DNA from: Nemertoderma westbladi
Lineage: Eukaryota; Animalia; Xenacoelomorpha
Assembly (NCBI GenBank): GCA_032718475.1
Contig: JAUCBJ010008531.1
Span: 1-43,673, forward strand
Length of the DNA: 43,673 nucleotides
Reading direction: 5' to 3'
A program made the translations under genes and the position numbers. The notes beneath the pieces were generated by a model. It saw only the letters and a program-made list of their open reading frames with translations. It was not told the DNA's origin and did not search any database. The stretch's first letter is position 1, and each line of letters begins with the position of its first letter. Below, in pieces: positions 1 to 12,372 of this stretch.

Positions 1-20
1 ATACCGGTTACTACGGTATT

Positions 21-151
21 TTGCAACCTTATTGCCTACTGCAATAAGATTATAACTGTTACTGTTCGACAGAACAGTATTAAACTGTATTTAATGCCTA
101 CACTTGCAACCTTATTGCCTACTGCAATAAGATTATAACTGTTACTGTTCG
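21..151. repeat. 48-bp direct duplication (21-68 and 104-151)
   Basis: ttgcaaccttattgcctactgcaataagattataactgttactgttcg occurs twice. Confidence 0.85.
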
Positions 152-1715
152 CGCTTTTGAAGACCTTTAGCAGTTTAACCTGCCAAAATTTATATGTCTT
201 TTAGTTAATTAACACACCTTTAGCATACGACAATATTTTATGCTAATAAACAAAACATTAGCCGAAGCCAGCCCATGCGCGATCATTCACCCGATGGATC
301 TACACCCGGGAGGCTGAATTCGGATGCTTAGATTTTATTATTGCAGTGTAAGGTTGCAGTGTAAGCCTACTGTATTATTCGATTGATCGCTAATATGTAA
401 TTTCTGACAGATATTATTAACTTTCGGGAAATATTAACAGTTCCTTTAGGACGTGGCGCTCTATCTATTTAAACAGAGCTAGGACTTATACTAAACGCAA
501 CGATAAGGCTTATGATTAAAGTATAAGTCGCATTCTTTAGGAAATGCTTTGTTACCAGTCACATCACACTCACAATCATGCACACTATTCTGCCGACCGT
601 CAGTATATTTGATCACACATAAAGAGAACAGCAATTGACTCAGGTAGTGTCTACTAAATAACATTAGATTCAATACACACCACATTGATATAAATCGCAA
701 TTGTTATATATAGCCCGCCTCTCTAACCTGTAGTGTATCAAGAAAATTGGGAATTTTGGGTGATTTATCCGTATTCTCCAAAGAGCAATATTTCCATCAA
801 CAAATAGATACAATTAATAACTGACGGTAAATAGCAGTACAAACAAGATGATTAGTGCAGTTAAATTAAGTGAGGTAACACCGCCGGTAACAGTTATACT
901 TTCTATAATCTAAGCAGTTTTACTAGAGTTCTTAGAGCCGGTGTTTCTGGCTTAGACAGCAATAACAACAAAGTATCAAGTAAAAACAGTAAGACTGAAC
1001 ACTCTCCTTATGATCGGCCGAAAAGCTACACGTCGACAGGAAAAATCGCTCTGATTGGCTCAAGCCAAACAAAGAACCATGCATCCAATGGCTGTTTCCA
1101 TGTCAGCAACCAGCTGTTAGATGTCGTAATATGAATCATCACGGCTAAGCTGTGAAAGGTATTTGGTGCATTGCAGGTTTTTTGCCTTACCATGTCCGCT
1201 AAAACACGTATATAGCAGAATGACTTTTATGTCCGTTAAAACACCTGTAACGGTACCTTGCGGGCGAGGGGAATATATATACAGTTAGAGAACCTTTTTA
1301 GAGTATTCCAGCGCCTGGGGGGAAACTGGATTGCGAAGCAAAGGGGCCAGTTATATCCCACAGAAGCTTTTACAAGATCTGACATCATACTACGGAGCCA
1401 CTGGAATAATTCCAACAAATTACGAGATGTGCTTTGTGATGCTTAAAAAAATACCTGGAAAAAACACTGATGATTATTAATCTGCGGTACCTCTCTCTGT
1501 TTCCAAAATGTTTGTGATTTTATTACTAATTACAGTAGCAGAGGGGTGTTGACACCATACTCAGTGGGGGTAACTGAAATAGTACAAAAGGTGGGTTTTA
1601 TTAGAACATATCCAAACACCAAAACTTTTCACAATTAATGTTCATGAAAAAGTAATTATCTTTTTGTCACCAATTTTAATTGATCAAAATTCAATTTTTC
1701 TGTCCGAGTATGTTG

Positions 1716-1972
1716 AGTTTTGCACGAGTTGCGAGTTGGCAGGTTTTTAACACGATCGATACGAGTGCTAAATGATATCATGTGTCATACATGATGAGTT
1801 TTGCACGAGTTGGCAGGTTTTTAACACGATCGATACGAGTGCTAAATGATATCATGTGTCATACATGATGAGTTTTGCACGAGTTGGCAGGTTTTTAACA
1901 CGATCGATATCGTGCTTCATGATATCATGTATGATGCATATCATGTATGATATACATGATGAGTGCTAAATG
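1716..1972. repeat. Short tandem repeat, about 74-80-bp unit, about 3 copies
   Basis: gagttttgcacgagtt...ggcaggtttttaacacgatcgat recurs near 1716, 1796 and 1870. Confidence 0.8.
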
Positions 1973-2699
1973 CCATCGAGGGCTGAATATCTGAATTTCG
2001 GTTACCTGAAATTAGTTGAAGAGAGATAATAAATTTGCGCAAAAGCACACTGTACGTACACACTACTTCTTGAATTGTTTCCTACAAAAATTAGTGAAAA
2101 AAAGTCAATAACTTTTGTACTCATATATGGCATTAACAATATCTAATAATTCAAAAAATTATGAATCGCAATATATGTATTTTTTATGAATAAACGGTAA
2201 GGATTTTTTTAAATTAGCGTAGTAAATGGATGATCATATTACGGCATATAATTACGCATTATGTTACAGTAATTACCACAGTTGATAAGTAAAATACCAG
2301 AATAAGAAAGTTAAGTACTTCAGATACAGATCAACAACATTAAAACTATTTCTAACCTAAATGAATCTTTAGTTTTGGGTGTCCGAGGCGTCACTGGTTT
2401 GTCCATATTAACGTGTCCAGGAGACGGACCAACCAGAGCTAAGTTCCTGCGGAACATTCCAGAACGAATAGGCAGAGCGAAATCTTCTTCAGGAAAATCC
2501 ACCTAGTTTAATTATCACAAGTTGTCAAATATGAATAATAAATGACTTATAGAAAGTTGGTAATAATAAACATTGCTGTCGCCTGCTGACCTTTCTGGAA
2601 TTTCACTCGACGTCCACTCACTCAATAGGCTGATGTATAGGACAACACTGATGGGACGTGTGAGCCTAAAAGGATTCCAAATCTTAAATATCACTTTAA

Positions 2700-3450
2700 A
2701 CTAGTCTCAATATATTTCACCTTATCATAGTCTCTATATATTTTACTTTACCATAATAGTCTCTATATATTTCACCTTACCATAGTCACTATGTTACCTA
2801 TCTGTCACCTTGATAGCGGATCCATACCGCTGCACGCGTGGGGAAGGGGGGGGGGTGATTTACTAATCACCCAAATATCCAATATGGTATAATATGATAT
2901 TGCATACCGAGGAATATGAGGTGATGCAAGGGCTGAGGGAAAATGGGGTGACAGAAGGGGAGGGGGGGGGGGAAACCAACCAATGGGGGGTGGGGGGGGG
3001 GGGGGTATAACGTGTATCTATGTAGGTAGGGCTGTGTAATAAGTTTCCCCACAGTTTCCATATATCTGTTGCTCAATATTAATTATGTTCAGTTGGCTAT
3101 TAACTACTGTGGATGTCGGACGGTTTTCAACCGTCGCCCGTAGTACTTATTGATTGTGCTGTAATCCGTCTACCGGTACTTATATACATATCAGCTATTA
3201 TTAAGAACGATAAACCAATAACTCTTATATTTCACCGGGCTACGGCCTTTCAACCTTGACAGCGGCGACGCGTAAGAAATACGACAAATATTCACCCGGT
3301 CGGGATCCCGCGCCAACTCGGATCCCGTCACACACCTTACCATAGTCTCTATATATTTTACTTTACCATAGTGAGTCTCTATATATTTCACCTTACCATA
3401 GTCTCTATATATTTCAGTTTACAATATTCTCTATTTATTTTACTTTACCA
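2700..3450. repeat. About 27-bp tandem repeat (ccatagtctctatatatttcaccttac) split by a solo LTR
   Basis: Unit seen at 2700-2790 and again at 3333-3450. Confidence 0.75.
2811..3332 (-). mobile_element. Solo LTR (522 bp)
   Basis: TG...CA termini with imperfect terminal inverted repeat (tgatagcggatcc / ggatcccgtcaca), flanked by the 5-bp direct repeat cacct (2806-2810, 3333-3337); TATATAAG on the minus strand near 3180. Confidence 0.7.
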
Positions 3451-4214
3451 GAGTTTCTTTTTCCATTAGTTTAACTCTTTCATGGTAATTCATCGTCATC
3501 TTTCTATCTTTCGTCATTGCTCTGGCCACAGCTTCGTCTATAGTTGATACAACGCTTCCAGAATTTGCACAAGTTTCCCCCATTTTAAATTATAAAATCC
3601 AATGAAGATTTCAAGCAAAGATTCTAAACATATCGAATAGTTTATATTCCCTTAATTTATGTAATAAAGTATCCCATATATGAATAGAGTAAATTATTTA
3701 AAGAAAAGCTATTTAATTACGCACCATCTATCGATTTGTTATGTATAATAATAATACCTTTGTTACGTTTATCTGAACGTACATTCGTTGTGATTTTAAA
3801 TTGAAAATAATGAATTACCTACAAAAAATTAAGATTAACTAGATTAGACTAGGGCAGGTAGGTGTTAATTAAAATTATACGGAATATTTCAAATTTGGTT
3901 AATGGAAATATTTTAGGAAATTAGAACGAAAAGTATAAACGCTTAGAAACTAAAATTTTGGCAAAGACATCATATTTCGAACATAATAAATAAACAGAGG
4001 GACTAGGCAACTTAATTGCCAAATGGTCTCCAATGCCAAACAAAGTTCCAGCAGTAGTGGAGCTTATTTTAATGTCACCTTTATTTATTCCAACGCCTAT
4101 CGGCCTATGCACATTGCACACGCATTACGGGATTACGAGCGGCCTTACGTCATGTAGGTATGCAATCTATGTAGGTATGGGTATGCAATCTAGGCAATCT
4201 GAAATTTAAATGAC

Positions 4215-5580
4215 CCACCATAACTTACAGTGGGCACGGTAACTCCTACACAGACGTTATTACTGACAGGACCTACCATAAATTACCATGGACACTGTAA
4301 CTCCTACATAGACGTTATTACTGACAGAACCTACCATAATTTACCGTGGATACGGTAACTCCTACACAGACGTTATTACTGACAGGTCCTACCATAACTT
4401 ACCGTGGACACGGGAACTCCTACATAGACGTTATTACTGACAGAACCTACCATAATTTACAGTGGACACGGTAACTCCTACACAGACGTTATTACTGATA
4501 GGACCTACCATAACTTACCGTGGACACGGGAACTCCTACATAGACGTTATTACTGACAGAACCTACCATAATTTACAGTGGACACGGTAACTCCTACACA
4601 GACGTTATTACTGACAGGACCTACCATAACTTACCGTGGACACGGCAACTCCTACATAGACGTTATTACTGACAGAACCTACCATAATTTACAGTGGACA
4701 CGGTAACTCCTACACAGACGTTATTACTGACAGGACCTACCATAACTTACCGTGGACACGGCAACTCCTACACAGACGTTATTACTGACAGGACCTACCA
4801 TAACTTACCGTGGACACGGCAACTCCTACATAGACGTTATTACTGACAGAACCTACCATAATTTACAGTGGACACGGTAACTCCTACACAGACGTTATTA
4901 CTGACAGGACCTACCATAACTTACAGTGGGCACGGTATCTCCTACACAGACGTTATTACTGACAGGACCTACTGTACCATAACTTACCATGGACACGGTA
5001 ACTCATACATAGACGTTATTACTGACAGGACCTACCATAACTTACCGTGGACACGGTAACTCCTACACAGACGTTATTACTGACAGAAACTACAGTACCA
5101 TAACTTACCGTGGACACGGTAACTCCTACATAGACGTTATTACTGACAGGACCTACCATAATTTACCGTGGACACGGTAACTCCTACACAGACGTTATTA
5201 CTGAGAGGACCTACCATAACTTACCGTGGACACGGTAACTCTTACACAGACGTTATTACTGACAGGACCTACCATAACTTACTGTGGACACGGTAACTCC
5301 TACATAGACGTTATTACTGACAGGACCTACCATAACTTACTGTGGACACGGTAACTCCTACATAGACGTTATTACTGACAGGACCTACCATAACTTACCG
5401 TGGACACGGTAACTCCTACATAGACGTTATTACTGACAGGACCTACCATAATTTACCGTGGACATGGTAACTCCTACACAGACATACGTTATTACTGAAA
5501 GGACCTACCATAACTTACCGTGGACACGGTAACTCCTACACAGACGCTATTACTGATAGACGTGATTACTGACTACCATA
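4215..5580. repeat. 58-bp minisatellite, about 23 copies
   Basis: Unit ccataacttaccgtggacacggtaactcctacacagacgttattactgacaggaccta; acctaccata at 4271 and 4329 gives the 58-bp period. Confidence 0.95.
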
Positions 5581-5589
5581 ACTCTTCGT

Positions 5590-6250
5590 GGCTACAAATT
5601 TATCCCCCAAGCAAACCAACTAGGATACTGCATACGTAATATAGCTTCAGTAGCAGCCACCTTTCACATGAACAACTGGACAGTGCGATGGCTGAACATA
5701 CGGACACGGACACTGAGTTATATGTGGAATGCGATCGCAATACCAATACTGACTTACGGAATGAAGTTCATCATTGGGTCCTTGTCTCAGACCGAGATTT
5801 CACAGCTTGATATTTTCTATCGCAAGACACTGCGAGGCATTCTTCACTTAGGAACATATGCGAGCAACCCAATAGTATATAACCTGCTCAGCTGCCGCCC
5901 CACTACCATTTCCGTAATCGGTACAATCATAAGAAGCACAAAATGTCCTAATATTATTCTTCAACCTATCTTGCGAACCGCATGGCCACCAACTTAGCTA
6001 CTGGACATTCCTATGCCGTCCTTGCCAGCTCCTACTCCAAATGCAGTGTTCAAGTCGCCAGGCCTGACATCTCTTCCATACTAACCTATACTTACAGCAA
6101 ACATGCACTTCTTTCGAGACTAGATGGATGATCATTGATGATTGCAGAATGTACCAAAAGGGATTTCATCGATAGCTGCTACAGTTCTACGCATTCTTCC
6201 TTCACGGCTAAACACGTTCGAATCCTACAATATTTTAACATATAAGATAA
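5590..6250 (+). mobile_element. Decayed non-LTR retrotransposon fragment, ORF2 region C-terminal to RT (RTEX-like)
   Basis: AIAIPILTYG...SQLDIFYRKTLRGILHLGTYASNPIVYNLL resembles the post-RT PxLxYG...RKxLRxIxxL...PxVYxLL region of LINE ORF2. Confidence 0.6.
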
Positions 6251-7344
6251 ATTGCATTTAATGTTGCTCCAACCTTCCCCAATATTAAGTTACATTGGAA
6301 AGTGTACCCCTCTAATTGTGAACTTATGTCAAGTCGATTGGTGTTGGGGTGTCACACACTTACTCTCACCCATAGTTTCACTTACAGTTTTTTGCGATAT
6401 TTATCGGGGCACTACAATCCGTAGCACAACGTTCTACCACTTACTTACAAAACTTTACTACAAAACAAAACTTACTTTATTTATTCTTGATTATCATGAT
6501 CATTCGATGATGTTTTATTTGATGCTCGTTTTTGTGCCAATATTGACTAATATCATTTTAAGTGATTAAATATACCAATGAATGAATGAATGTATGCTGG
6601 GCGTGGTAGGTAGGCCTACTTTAGATCCCGCGGGACTACAGATGTCCCAGAATTTAGTATAGTTACCAGTAGTCCTACTCTAGACTGCCCACGTATTGGG
6701 TAAGTGGTACTGTAGGTTTTCTTAGTCAGGTCCTACAACCTCTAATTAATTGTCATGTATCCCTAACCCGACGTCATAATCTATAAAAAAATTTAAGAGG
6801 AAATTGTTTCCATTATTGCCCAATTTAAATTCGTGTTTGGAACGTAACTCCTTAATCTGCAAAAGCTGTCTGCTGGAATCTAATGTCTCGCTTTTTTATG
6901 AGGCGGGATCTAGGTTTAACCATCCGAGAACGACCTGGTATACCCGCATTTATGGAACAACAATGCGACCCTATACAATATAATTGGATTGTTTCAACAA
7001 AATACAACCCACTTTCTTATATATTAAGAATGATGAATATGTTCGTTATGTGTGTTCTAATACAGTATTAATAATCATATAAAAAAAGTAACACCAATGA
7101 CGCTTAAATCAACTCAATAAATAGTAGTGTATTGTTAACATAGAAACTCCAACATGCAACCTAATGCCATTGTTGTAAATTGCACATAAGAATGAAAAGA
7201 ACAACACCCGTCACCGTCACTAGGACTACCACTACTTAATTACTAGCAAACTTACGAACCGTAACCGCAATAATAACACAAAATAATCACACAAATACTG
7301 TAAAGATCGGTAATAAAGTGTAATAGGCCTACATGGGTATGCAC

Positions 7345-8340
7345 TAGGGCGGTGCCTTTTTTACTTTTTTTTAGATTTCATTGTTTTACCGGTGCGCAAA
7401 AGTTGTCAAATGGTAAAAAATTAAGGCAACAAAATTTCTATAAATTTCGTCTATATCTTCACGGATCCCAAGGGGGTTGAAATTTTGAGCCATCGTGATG
7501 CACCACATTGAAATTTATAACAATATTACACATTGATGAAAGATCAATGACCCGAGAAAACATTTCCTGCATGCATCAAATGAGTCCAAACTTAGATAGA
7601 TACCAAAATTTTAATTTTGGGATCAAGGGTAATAGTGCCACAGGCACATGGCCAGAACCTACTCTTTGACGCAAATGACGATTATTCTCAATTTTCGCGA
7701 TGGACAACTATTATTTATTCTACTGCATTAATATTATGCTCATTAGAAAAGCAATGACCGATTTAGTTGGGGTGGACACCGTCAAAACAAGTGTAGAGCG
7801 AATAGTTCTTGAGATATCGCAGAAAATGTGAAATGTTTAACTGAAAATGGTCTGGATCCATTTTAGACGAAAAAGGCACAAAAAAAGGCTTTTTTGGGCC
7901 TTTTTGATGAAAAAGGGCTCCAGGGCATTTCCAGCCAAATTTTGTCAGAAGAATTATGGACAAGGTTATTCTGAACAAGTCTACCAAATTTCATTTCAGT
8001 TAAAATTAGCGGAGAAATAGCCTTTGTCATGAAAAAACGTCATTCTGAGATAAAGGTGTTTAAAGTTTAAGGAACAATTCAAACCTTCCTGCTATTTTAA
8101 ATAATACCAATTTTTCAGACTAGCTATTACGTTTTGGCTACTAACTTGAGTTTGGAAAAAGATATGAGAAAACTGCTTGCAGATTTGAAATCTCCATTAA
8201 ATTCGGCACATGATTTATCCAATCATGATCAAAGTTTTTCAGACAATTTTCAAAATATGGGTGGGGGGGGGGGGGGGGGGGTAGCAAGACACACGGCATG
8301 CAGCATGCATCAAACTCTAGCGTACAGAGTAAAACTTACA
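7345..8340. mobile_element. Probable non-autonomous DNA transposon remnant
   Basis: Non-coding, with A/T-run phrasing typical of such elements, beginning tagggcggtgcc; matching terminus and TSD not resolved. Confidence 0.3.
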
Positions 8341-8970
8341 AAACAAAACTACTTTTGTAATAAATGAATCATGAATTGTAATACCCCAGTAAATAAAATG
8401 ATTGAGATCATTGTCAAAAAAATTAGGGATAATTATTTATTATTTTATAGGGAGTCTCGGCTTGCTTGGCAAATTGTACATCTTATTAAAAAAAATTAAG
8501 TTATTCTCCATATATCAAATTAGTTATATTTAATATATTTAATTTACAATCAAAGCGGAATAAATTTATTATATAAGAGTTATTTCAGTTTAGTTATATT
8601 ATTTTATATATTTTAGTTATTTTAGATCACATTGATAAAATCTTGTTGAAATGCGGATTTATTTTAGTTTATTTTTTAATATTATGTCATTAAGTATTAA
8701 TTTAATATAATAATATCAATAATAATAATAAAAATAATTATATCAATAATAATAATAAAACTAATTATATCAATATGTATTATATCTTAAGTACTTTTTT
8801 ATTTTGTTAATTCTTATTATTTATGAATATACAATTTATTATTTAGGGTCTTTAAAATTTTTGTGTATCTAGCTTATTACTTATATTCTAAGTCATCAAT
8901 ATATAATAAAAATATATAAATGATAGATTATATTGATGAATATAAAGTAAACCAGCCAACCCTCAAAGTC

Positions 8971-10149
8971 TCATCCATCATGATCGCCGGCATTGGGATC
9001 TATTTTTAGACTTTTACTCTTCCTGCATAATTTAGCTACTATTTTAGGAACAATATTCGCCCGAAATAGTAGAATCCAGAGTAACTCAAAGAATTCAAAT
9101 AGTGTAAGCAGACTCATTCCGATCCAAAGGCCTAAAGCGCCCCCAATGTTGCTAAGTAGATCCTGCCACAAGTACTTCGGGGACTCCGTTATCGTATCAA
9201 CATCCATTGTCTTTATTGCAACCTCTAGACTTGCCACATTATTTCTAAGCGATTTTAAAATGTTCTCCTGAAATAATTTGATGTCTGATTTGGATTTAAA
9301 GTTCGCTATGCATTCGTCATAAAGATATTGATCTTTAAACGTATTACGACATGCTTTCTTTGTTTCATCAATAAGCCATTTTGTTAAACCATCATTTTTT
9401 TCGCTTAAAAGTTTTATCATGACGTGTGCGAAATATTTTTGTGCTGGCCATAATGATTGGCTAGTATCAATATCATAATGGGTTTGATTACATGATCGCA
9501 GACATTGGTGGCATGTGTAGTTGTCAGCCGAAGCGATAAACATTTCTCTTATACGTTTTGGACAGTCCATATTATTTATTGAAAATTCAGTTTTCACGAA
9601 ACTGCAGACAGGATGTCCATTTATGAAGTAATCGTCAACACACCCACACTCTTCCAACATCTTCTTTTGCACACAATATTGCCTACATAAGTGAGATGAA
9701 TAACCATATTTCATGTTATTATATTTAGTGTACTCGTGAAGGACTTTAATGATATTTGTTTTATCTAAGCACTGAATGTATGGTGGTGGTTCTAGTACAG
9801 TGATGGTTTTCGTTATAGACATATGGGTATGTCTTCCAGGTAGAATAGTAATACCATCAGAAAATGGGTTAGGATGTTGCGAAGGTGAGTGGACTGACAC
9901 TCGAATACCTGTAGTATGTGACATTAACCCTATATATTCACTGGGTTCCACATTCAAGGTCAGCTTCAATCTTTGTTCAAGGTATTTTGTTTCGTGTGGA
10001 TTGGTTCTAGGGCTATCTTCTGATCTGGCATTGAAGGTGAAACAGTTGCCATAATTCTTGTCTTGGAATGTTTGGAAGTCATGGCATGGTTTATCGTCAA
10101 AGCTGCAATGCAAAACCATGTCCTTAAATTGATGGCCCATTTCTTTAAT
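8971..10149 (-). CDS. DEG/ENaC (amiloride-sensitive sodium channel family) subunit, coding exon 2 (terminal)
   Basis: Acceptor tttcag at 10150, phase 0. Motifs GHQFKDMVLHCSF, YGNCFTFN, GIRVSVH, Cys-rich thumb (C..C..CGC..C..C..C..C), SLWP, and TM2 LLSNIGGALGLWIGMSLLTLFEFFE with GxS filter; TGA stop at 8971. Confidence 0.95.
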   Translation of the reverse strand: MKEMGHQFKDMVLHCSFDDKPCHDFQTFQDKNYGNCFTFNARSEDSPRTNPHETKYLEQRLKLTLNVEPSEYIGLMSHTTGIRVSVHSPSQHPNPFSDGITILPGRHTHMSITKTITVLEPPPYIQCLDKTNIIKVLHEYTKYNNMKYGYSSHLCRQYCVQKKMLEECGCVDDYFINGHPVCSFVKTEFSINNMDCPKRIREMFIASADNYTCHQCLRSCNQTHYDIDTSQSLWPAQKYFAHVMIKLLSEKNDGLTKWLIDETKKACRNTFKDQYLYDECIANFKSKSDIKLFQENILKSLRNNVASLEVAIKTMDVDTITESPKYLWQDLLSNIGGALGLWIGMSLLTLFEFFELLWILLFRANIVPKIVAKLCRKSKSLKIDPNAGDHDG

Positions 10150-10617
10150 CTGAAAGGCAAACATTAAAAGTTATGTTGATATGTTTCCTATCCACGGCAT
10201 TTATGTAAGATAATGAATATTTTTTCAATATCTCTATGAAATACATTATGTAAAACAATATGGTATCCATATTGGTAAATTTAATGATTTGTGGATGGAA
10301 TTTGATAGTTGTGTCGAAATATCAATGGCATATGCAGTTATGGGAAATCCAAATAACACTGTAAGTGAACGTCAGTTATTGAATAGCAGTACCGGTACCG
10401 ATGGTGGTAGAAATTAGTATTATTCAAGTATTAATTAATATCAGTATTATTACTATTGTACTTCTATTTATTCTACATGTTCTAGAACTACTCGGATTAG
10501 TTTAGTTACTAATGCTTGTGGCTAATGCCATGCATTATCAAATCTGGGCCAGTAGTAGACTAAAGTAAATGTTACTGTGGACTTTGGAACCTTTGACCTC
10601 TTATGTTTTCACCTTAC

Positions 10618-11484
10618 CTGAAATCCTGGCATCATTACAATATTTGACACATCACTAAAATCAAATATTTTTGAATTTAGCCATGCATCAAGGAATATTC
10701 TCGAACTAACATCAGTTGCAGTACAGTCAGATTCATCTGCCCTGTTACCACAGTCATCATGTGTATCACATTTTTGTCCAACCGGGTAGCAAATATCTGT
10801 GTCTGGTAAGTTGCATGGCAGCAAATCAACCATACCTGTTTGCACATCCATAAACGATACATCACCACCATTTGCTTTCAGGTTTTGAAGAAAGGTATTG
10901 CCAATTAGCTCCTTGGTAGAACATTTGAATAAACAACCACGTTCATCTGCATTTGTGGTGCAGTCACCAAGCCCATTACAGACAGAAGAAGGATCCTTAC
11001 ATTCCCCTGTTCCATCGGCACAATCAAATTTATCTCCCATACAAGGTGCGTGAGAATCCACATTCATGTTTTCATTATCCAATTCATAAAGAAAAAGTGA
11101 AAATGCTAGCTGATCCACGTTAAGAAGATCTCCATATGGCCGGATGCTTTCTGATATTTCCGCTGATTGTTTCAATGATGTCATTTTGATATTATTTTCA
11201 TTGCAGATTGTTACTCCTGGAAATTCAATTGAAGTTGATGTCTCAGTTTTTGTGGAGAGAGTTGTCGGTAACTGACTGTAATCCATAAGCAACAAGCCGA
11301 CTTGGTACAAATAACCACTAAATCCCCCCATAAGTAGAAACATCCAGACAACACCCCACACCCGATTAGGGGAGTTGATAATTCTAGGAGCGCCATGAAG
11401 AGTGACTCCTTCTATGAATTGTCGGCAAATGTATGCTACTGAGAGTTTTGAATTGTTTTCTGTCATTCTTATCGTTTTCTGCAT
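10618..11484 (-). CDS. DEG/ENaC subunit, coding exon 1, containing LDLa modules
   Basis: ATG at 11484 (alternative 11466). Pre-TM1 TLHG motif, TM1 VWGVVWMFLLMGGFSGYLYQVGLLL, FPGVTICNEN. Donor CAG|GTAAGG at 10617, phase 0, joins in frame to exon 2 (PGFQ|IKEMGHQ) across a 468-bp intron. A possible 5' UTR intron lies at 11585-11657. Confidence 0.93.
10723..11043 (-). other. Two LDL-receptor class A-like modules within the channel ectodomain
   Basis: CMGDKFDCADGTGECKDPSSVCNGLGDCTTNADERGC (6 Cys, 10933-11043) and CNLPDTDICYPVGQKCDTHDDCGNRADESDC (10723-10815) match the LDLa C..F.C....C......C....DC....DE..C pattern. Confidence 0.85.
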
Positions 11485-12199
11485 ATATATTCGCAAAGTT
11501 ATACAAAATAATATATTAAATATTAAACAGAATACTTGGGCTTCAAATTAAAATTTAAACGGATTATAAGATAAGTAAGTTAATCTAGAGAAAACTGCAA
11601 AAACTAATATATTTAAATCTATCTACTCTTACAAATATTAATCCAAGTAGGACTTACGATTTATAATTAGTATATTTATGTTAAATAATAATATTATAAA
11701 TACACCCCCAAGCGGGGTAAATCGGTACCGATTAAAACGTGTAAAAATATGGATTCTTTATAAAATTCATACATGATGTTCATTCATAAAATAGTATATA
11801 ATAAATATCTTAAAAGTTATATAAGGCAGATAGGGAGGGACATTGTGAGCAACTAAAGTCGTGGTATCTATCATTGGCGGGGTCGAAACAGAATCTGCAG
11901 ATGCATCCGGTTGTAGAGGGCTGGAAAGAATATTTATGTTACATGGAGCCGTAATCGATTGGGATGGATCTAGGACACTTCAGCCCCGGACACTTCCCCC
12001 CCCCCCCCCCCCCGCCCAAGTAGGACACTTCCCCCCCGGACACTTGCCCCCCGGACACTTCCCCCCCCCCCAGTTAAAGTGTTAAATTTAATCTGGGTGC
12101 ATCAAAGCAATAAACATCTAGACAAGTTTTATCAAAATTATAAAAGAAACGTTTTGTTTGTTTTTCTTTTAATTTCTTTAATTGTTTTAATTTCTTTTA

Positions 12200-12372
12200 A
12201 TTGGGGGCTGCCGCCCCCAAACCCCTGATTCATTTCTTGGGGGCTGCCGTCCCCAAACCCCCGCTTCTTTTGTTGGGGGCTACCGCCCCCAAACCCCTGC
12301 TTATTTTCTTGGGGGCTGCCGCCCCCAAACCCCCGCTTCTTTTCTTGGGGGTTATCGCCCCCAGACCCCGGC
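12200..12372. repeat. 36-bp GC-rich tandem repeat, about 5 copies
   Basis: ttgggggctgccgcccccaaacccccgcttcttttg unit. Confidence 0.9.

Noticed and set aside
480-640. GPCR TM1-TM2-like peptide on the minus strand (ILTVGRIVCMIVSVM*LVTKHFLKNATYTLIISLIVAFS)
   Set aside because: Has in-frame stops, lacks the GN and LAxAD anchor residues, and hydrophobic translations are common in AT-rich DNA
4215-5580. CRISPR-like array
   Set aside because: Contiguous tandem units with no unique spacers, no cas genes, eukaryotic context; the same applies to 16885-18560 and 32250-32900
6633-6653. ZNF143/Staf-like ACTACA...TCCCAG motif
   Set aside because: Spacing is two bases too long and no associated gene start is evident
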